Assembly: GCA_033875315.1 (NCBI GenBank)
Contig: JANRJG010000014.1
Span: 115,166-179,165, forward strand
DNA length: 64,000 bases
Reading direction: 5' to 3'
Source of the DNA: Candidatus Methylacidiphilales bacterium
GTDB taxonomy: Bacteria; Verrucomicrobiota; Verrucomicrobiia; Methylacidiphilales; CAZTYG01
A model generated the notes under the pieces. That model had not been told where the DNA came from. It made no database searches and saw nothing but the letters and a program-made list of their open reading frames with translations. Below are positions 61,717 through 64,000 of the stretch, piece after piece. Each line of letters begins with the position of its first letter. Position 1 is the first letter of the stretch. Position numbers and translations under genes: made by a program.

Positions 61717-62472
61717 ATGGCCAAGATCGACCCGAAAGAACTGTTGGAAGCTGGCGTCCACTTCGGACACCGCACCGACAAATGGAACCCCAAGATGAAG
61801 CCCTTCATTTATGAAGCGCGCAACGGGATCCACATCATCAACCTCTCCAAAACCTCCGACCAGATCGACGCCGCCGGCAAGTTCCTCAAGGACGTCGCCG
61901 CCCGCGGTGGCAAGATCCTCTTCGTCGGCTGCAAAAAAGCCTCCCAGGAAGCCGTCCGCGAATCCGCCACCCGCTGCGGTGCCTACTACGTCTGCGAACG
62001 CTGGCTCGGCGGCACCATGACCAATTTGAACACCATCCGCAAAAGCGTCGCCCGCATGCGCCAGATCGACGAGATGGAAACCAACGGCAAGTTCAAGGAG
62101 ATGCCCAAGCAGGAAGTTTCCGCCCTCCGCCGCGAAGGCGCCAAGATCCACAAGAACCTCGACGGCATCCGCGACATGGAACGCTTCCCCGACGCCATGG
62201 TCATCGTCGACATCACCCGCGAGGAAATCGCCCTCAAGGAAGCCCACCGCTTGAAAATCCCCGTCGTCGCCATCACCGACACCAACGCCGACCCCGAGAG
62301 CGTCAACTACCCCATCGCCGCCAACGACGATGCCATCCGCTCCATCCGCATCGTCCTCAATTCGCTGGCCGACTCGGTCATCGAGGGATTCAACGCCGGC
62401 GGCAAGAAGCGCGGCGGCAAGGACGAGGCCCGTTCCACCGCCTCCGACAGCCTCCAGGCCGTTTCCGCCTGA
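61717..62472 (+). CDS. rpsB: 30S ribosomal protein S2
   Basis: LLEAGVHFGHRTDKWNPKM, ILFVGCKK and VVDITREEIALKEA. Confidence 0.97.
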   Translation: MAKIDPKELLEAGVHFGHRTDKWNPKMKPFIYEARNGIHIINLSKTSDQIDAAGKFLKDVAARGGKILFVGCKKASQEAVRESATRCGAYYVCERWLGGTMTNLNTIRKSVARMRQIDEMETNGKFKEMPKQEVSALRREGAKIHKNLDGIRDMERFPDAMVIVDITREEIALKEAHRLKIPVVAITDTNADPESVNYPIAANDDAIRSIRIVLNSLADSVIEGFNAGGKKRGGKDEARSTASDSLQAVSA

Positions 62473-62521
62473 GCTCAAGCCCAAGCCTAACCCCCACCCA
62501 TCTCCACCAGGAACCATTACC

Positions 62522-63133
62522 ATGTCTGAAGCCGTCGCCATCGACCCCAAGATCGTCAAGGACCTCCGTGACCGCACCAACGCGGGCATGATGGACTGCA
62601 AGCGCGCCCTCGAAGAAGCCAAGGGCAACATGGAGGAAGCCGAAAAGATCCTCCGCAAGAAGCTCGGCCTCTCCGCCGCCAAAAAAGCCAGCCGCGATGC
62701 CAAGGAAGGCGTCATCGCCTCCTACATCCACCTCGGCGGCAAGGTCGGCGTCTTGATCGAAATCAACTGCGAGACCGACTTCGTGGCCAAGAACGACAAC
62801 TTCCGCGAGTTCGTCAAGGACATCACCCTCCAGATCGCCGCCGCCAACCCGGTCTGCGTCACCCGCGAGGAAGTCCCGCAGAAACTCATCGACGCGGAAA
62901 AAGAAGTCGCCGCCGCCCAGATCAAGGACAAGCCCGCCGCCGTCATCGAGAAGATCGTCCAGGGCAAGGTCGACAAGTATTACAGCACCGTCTGCCTGAT
63001 GGAGCAGCCCTTCATCAAGGACAGCAACAAGACCATCCGCGACGTCGTCAACGAAAAGATCGGCGAACTCGGCGAGAACATCGTCGTCCGCCGCTTCGTC
63101 CGCTACGCCGTCGGCGAATCCGTCCAGGCTTGA
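62522..63133 (+). CDS. tsf: elongation factor Ts (short form, 203 aa)
   Basis: VKDLRDRTNAGMMDCKRALEE and VLIEINCETDFVAKN. ATG at 62522 within ORF 62330..63133. Confidence 0.95.
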   Translation: MSEAVAIDPKIVKDLRDRTNAGMMDCKRALEEAKGNMEEAEKILRKKLGLSAAKKASRDAKEGVIASYIHLGGKVGVLIEINCETDFVAKNDNFREFVKDITLQIAAANPVCVTREEVPQKLIDAEKEVAAAQIKDKPAAVIEKIVQGKVDKYYSTVCLMEQPFIKDSNKTIRDVVNEKIGELGENIVVRRFVRYAVGESVQA

Positions 63134-63151
63134 TCCCGGCCCTAAGCCCCC

Positions 63152-63190
63152 AAAACCCCCTCCCCATCTGGCGAGGGGGTTTTTCGTTTT
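63152..63190 (+). terminator. Rho-independent terminator after tsf
   Basis: AAAA CCCCCTC cccatctggc GAGGGGG TTTTT cgtttt. Confidence 0.8.
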
Positions 63191-63248
63191 CATATGGGGA
63201 TCTAGGGATGCGGTTGCCAAACGGAAAGGGGTCGATTATAAAACGCCC

Positions 63249-63953
63249 ATGCGCACATTGCCTGTGGTGCTTGTCGTTCTGTTAATGCTATCCGGCTTTG
63301 TCCGGGCAGGAGAGGCGTCCTTGGGCTCTTTGAATCATCCGGAATTCGTCACTACACGTGGCAAATGGCTGGTTTTTGTCCACGATGGTGGGGTCGCCGA
63401 AGTGGAAGCTACTCCTGAGGCTCTGGCTGCAGCAGGCCTGACTCAGGCACCTAAGGAAGAACAAGCCCAGTCCACGGCCTTCATCGAATCACTTCGCTTT
63501 CGTACACAATCATGGCTTCAGAAAGTCCAATCCGTGGGTCAAAATGCCCATGAAGCCAAGCAGGCTACCGCACTGGCTGCCGCCCAGTCGGCCCCGGCAA
63601 AAGAGATCAGTTCCCCGCCCCCGGTATCACCCGTCGCCGCCCCCAAAAAGCCCAAGCCCTTTTACCAAGCTGCAGATTTGGTCGCCGAGTTCGAGCCTGA
63701 CGTGCACAGCGGGCGCTACTTCCAGGTTTCCGGCTTCATCACGCGCATCACCGAGCCCTCCAAAGGCATCTTTAATATCATGTTAGACGACAAGGTATTG
63801 GTGACCATCCGTTACTTAAACGACAAAATCCGGGCGCGTGATACCAGCGGCAACCCCAAGGCGGTGGGCAACTACAAAGTCGGGGAAAGTACCACCATTT
63901 CGGGTTATTGTCGGGGCTTGGATGCCGACGGGCGCGTGCTGATGGGGGATTGA
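63249..63953 (+). CDS. secreted hypothetical protein
   Basis: Signal peptide MRTLPVVLVVLLMLSGFVRA, an Ala/Gln/Pro-rich linker, and a C-terminal beta-rich region. Somewhat lower GC than its neighbours. Confidence 0.5.
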   Translation: MRTLPVVLVVLLMLSGFVRAGEASLGSLNHPEFVTTRGKWLVFVHDGGVAEVEATPEALAAAGLTQAPKEEQAQSTAFIESLRFRTQSWLQKVQSVGQNAHEAKQATALAAAQSAPAKEISSPPPVSPVAAPKKPKPFYQAADLVAEFEPDVHSGRYFQVSGFITRITEPSKGIFNIMLDDKVLVTIRYLNDKIRARDTSGNPKAVGNYKVGESTTISGYCRGLDADGRVLMGD

Positions 63954-64000
63954 GCGCTCGGGCGGACGACTAGGGCGCGCTTCATTTGATTGGCTCGCTC

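Noticed and set aside
61696-62715. 339-aa minus-strand ORF covering rpsB and the start of tsf
   Set aside because: Antisense shadow ORF. rpsB and tsf are unambiguous on the plus strand.

Overview
High-GC (roughly 60-65% by eye) bacterial chromosome segment. The gene content looks like Verrucomicrobiota or another PVC-group organism: a DUF1800/DUF1501 pair, DUF2157 with a GDYXXLXY protein, a giant FecR-domain exoprotein, and many multi-domain histidine kinases. I support about 60 protein-coding genes and saw no rRNA, tRNA or CRISPR array. Housekeeping anchors are typA, nagZ, uvrC, a class A PBP and rpsB-tsf. Accessory content is one IS630-family element (transposase split at an A8 tract, TA target duplication), a vapBC pair, a RelE-like gene translationally coupled to a VWA membrane protein, and a sharply AT-rich ~2.3 kb islet (about 4.85-7.2 kb). 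The islet carries a four-gene cassette of unknown function: two small TM proteins, a protein with SLT-like motifs, and a DUF2806-like protein. The main second-look items are: (1) that islet cassette; (2) a modular intergenic repeat family (ATGYAGTTG terminus, ACC, then mostly 9-nt-period purine-rich units) with at least nine arms at gene ends, in two cases as inverted pairs around a unique core; (3) a five-gene-scale operon of a PhcB-like SAM methyltransferase with three receiver/kinase proteins, resembling the Ralstonia phcBSR quorum-sensing logic; (4) an OM beta-barrel, 1477-aa FecR exoprotein, acetolactate-decarboxylase-like protein and LMW-PTP cluster. All functional calls rest on motif recognition from the translated ORFs. 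No database search was run. The ORF track translates alternative start codons (TTG/GTG) as M, so several starts were re-chosen by inspection and remain uncertain.
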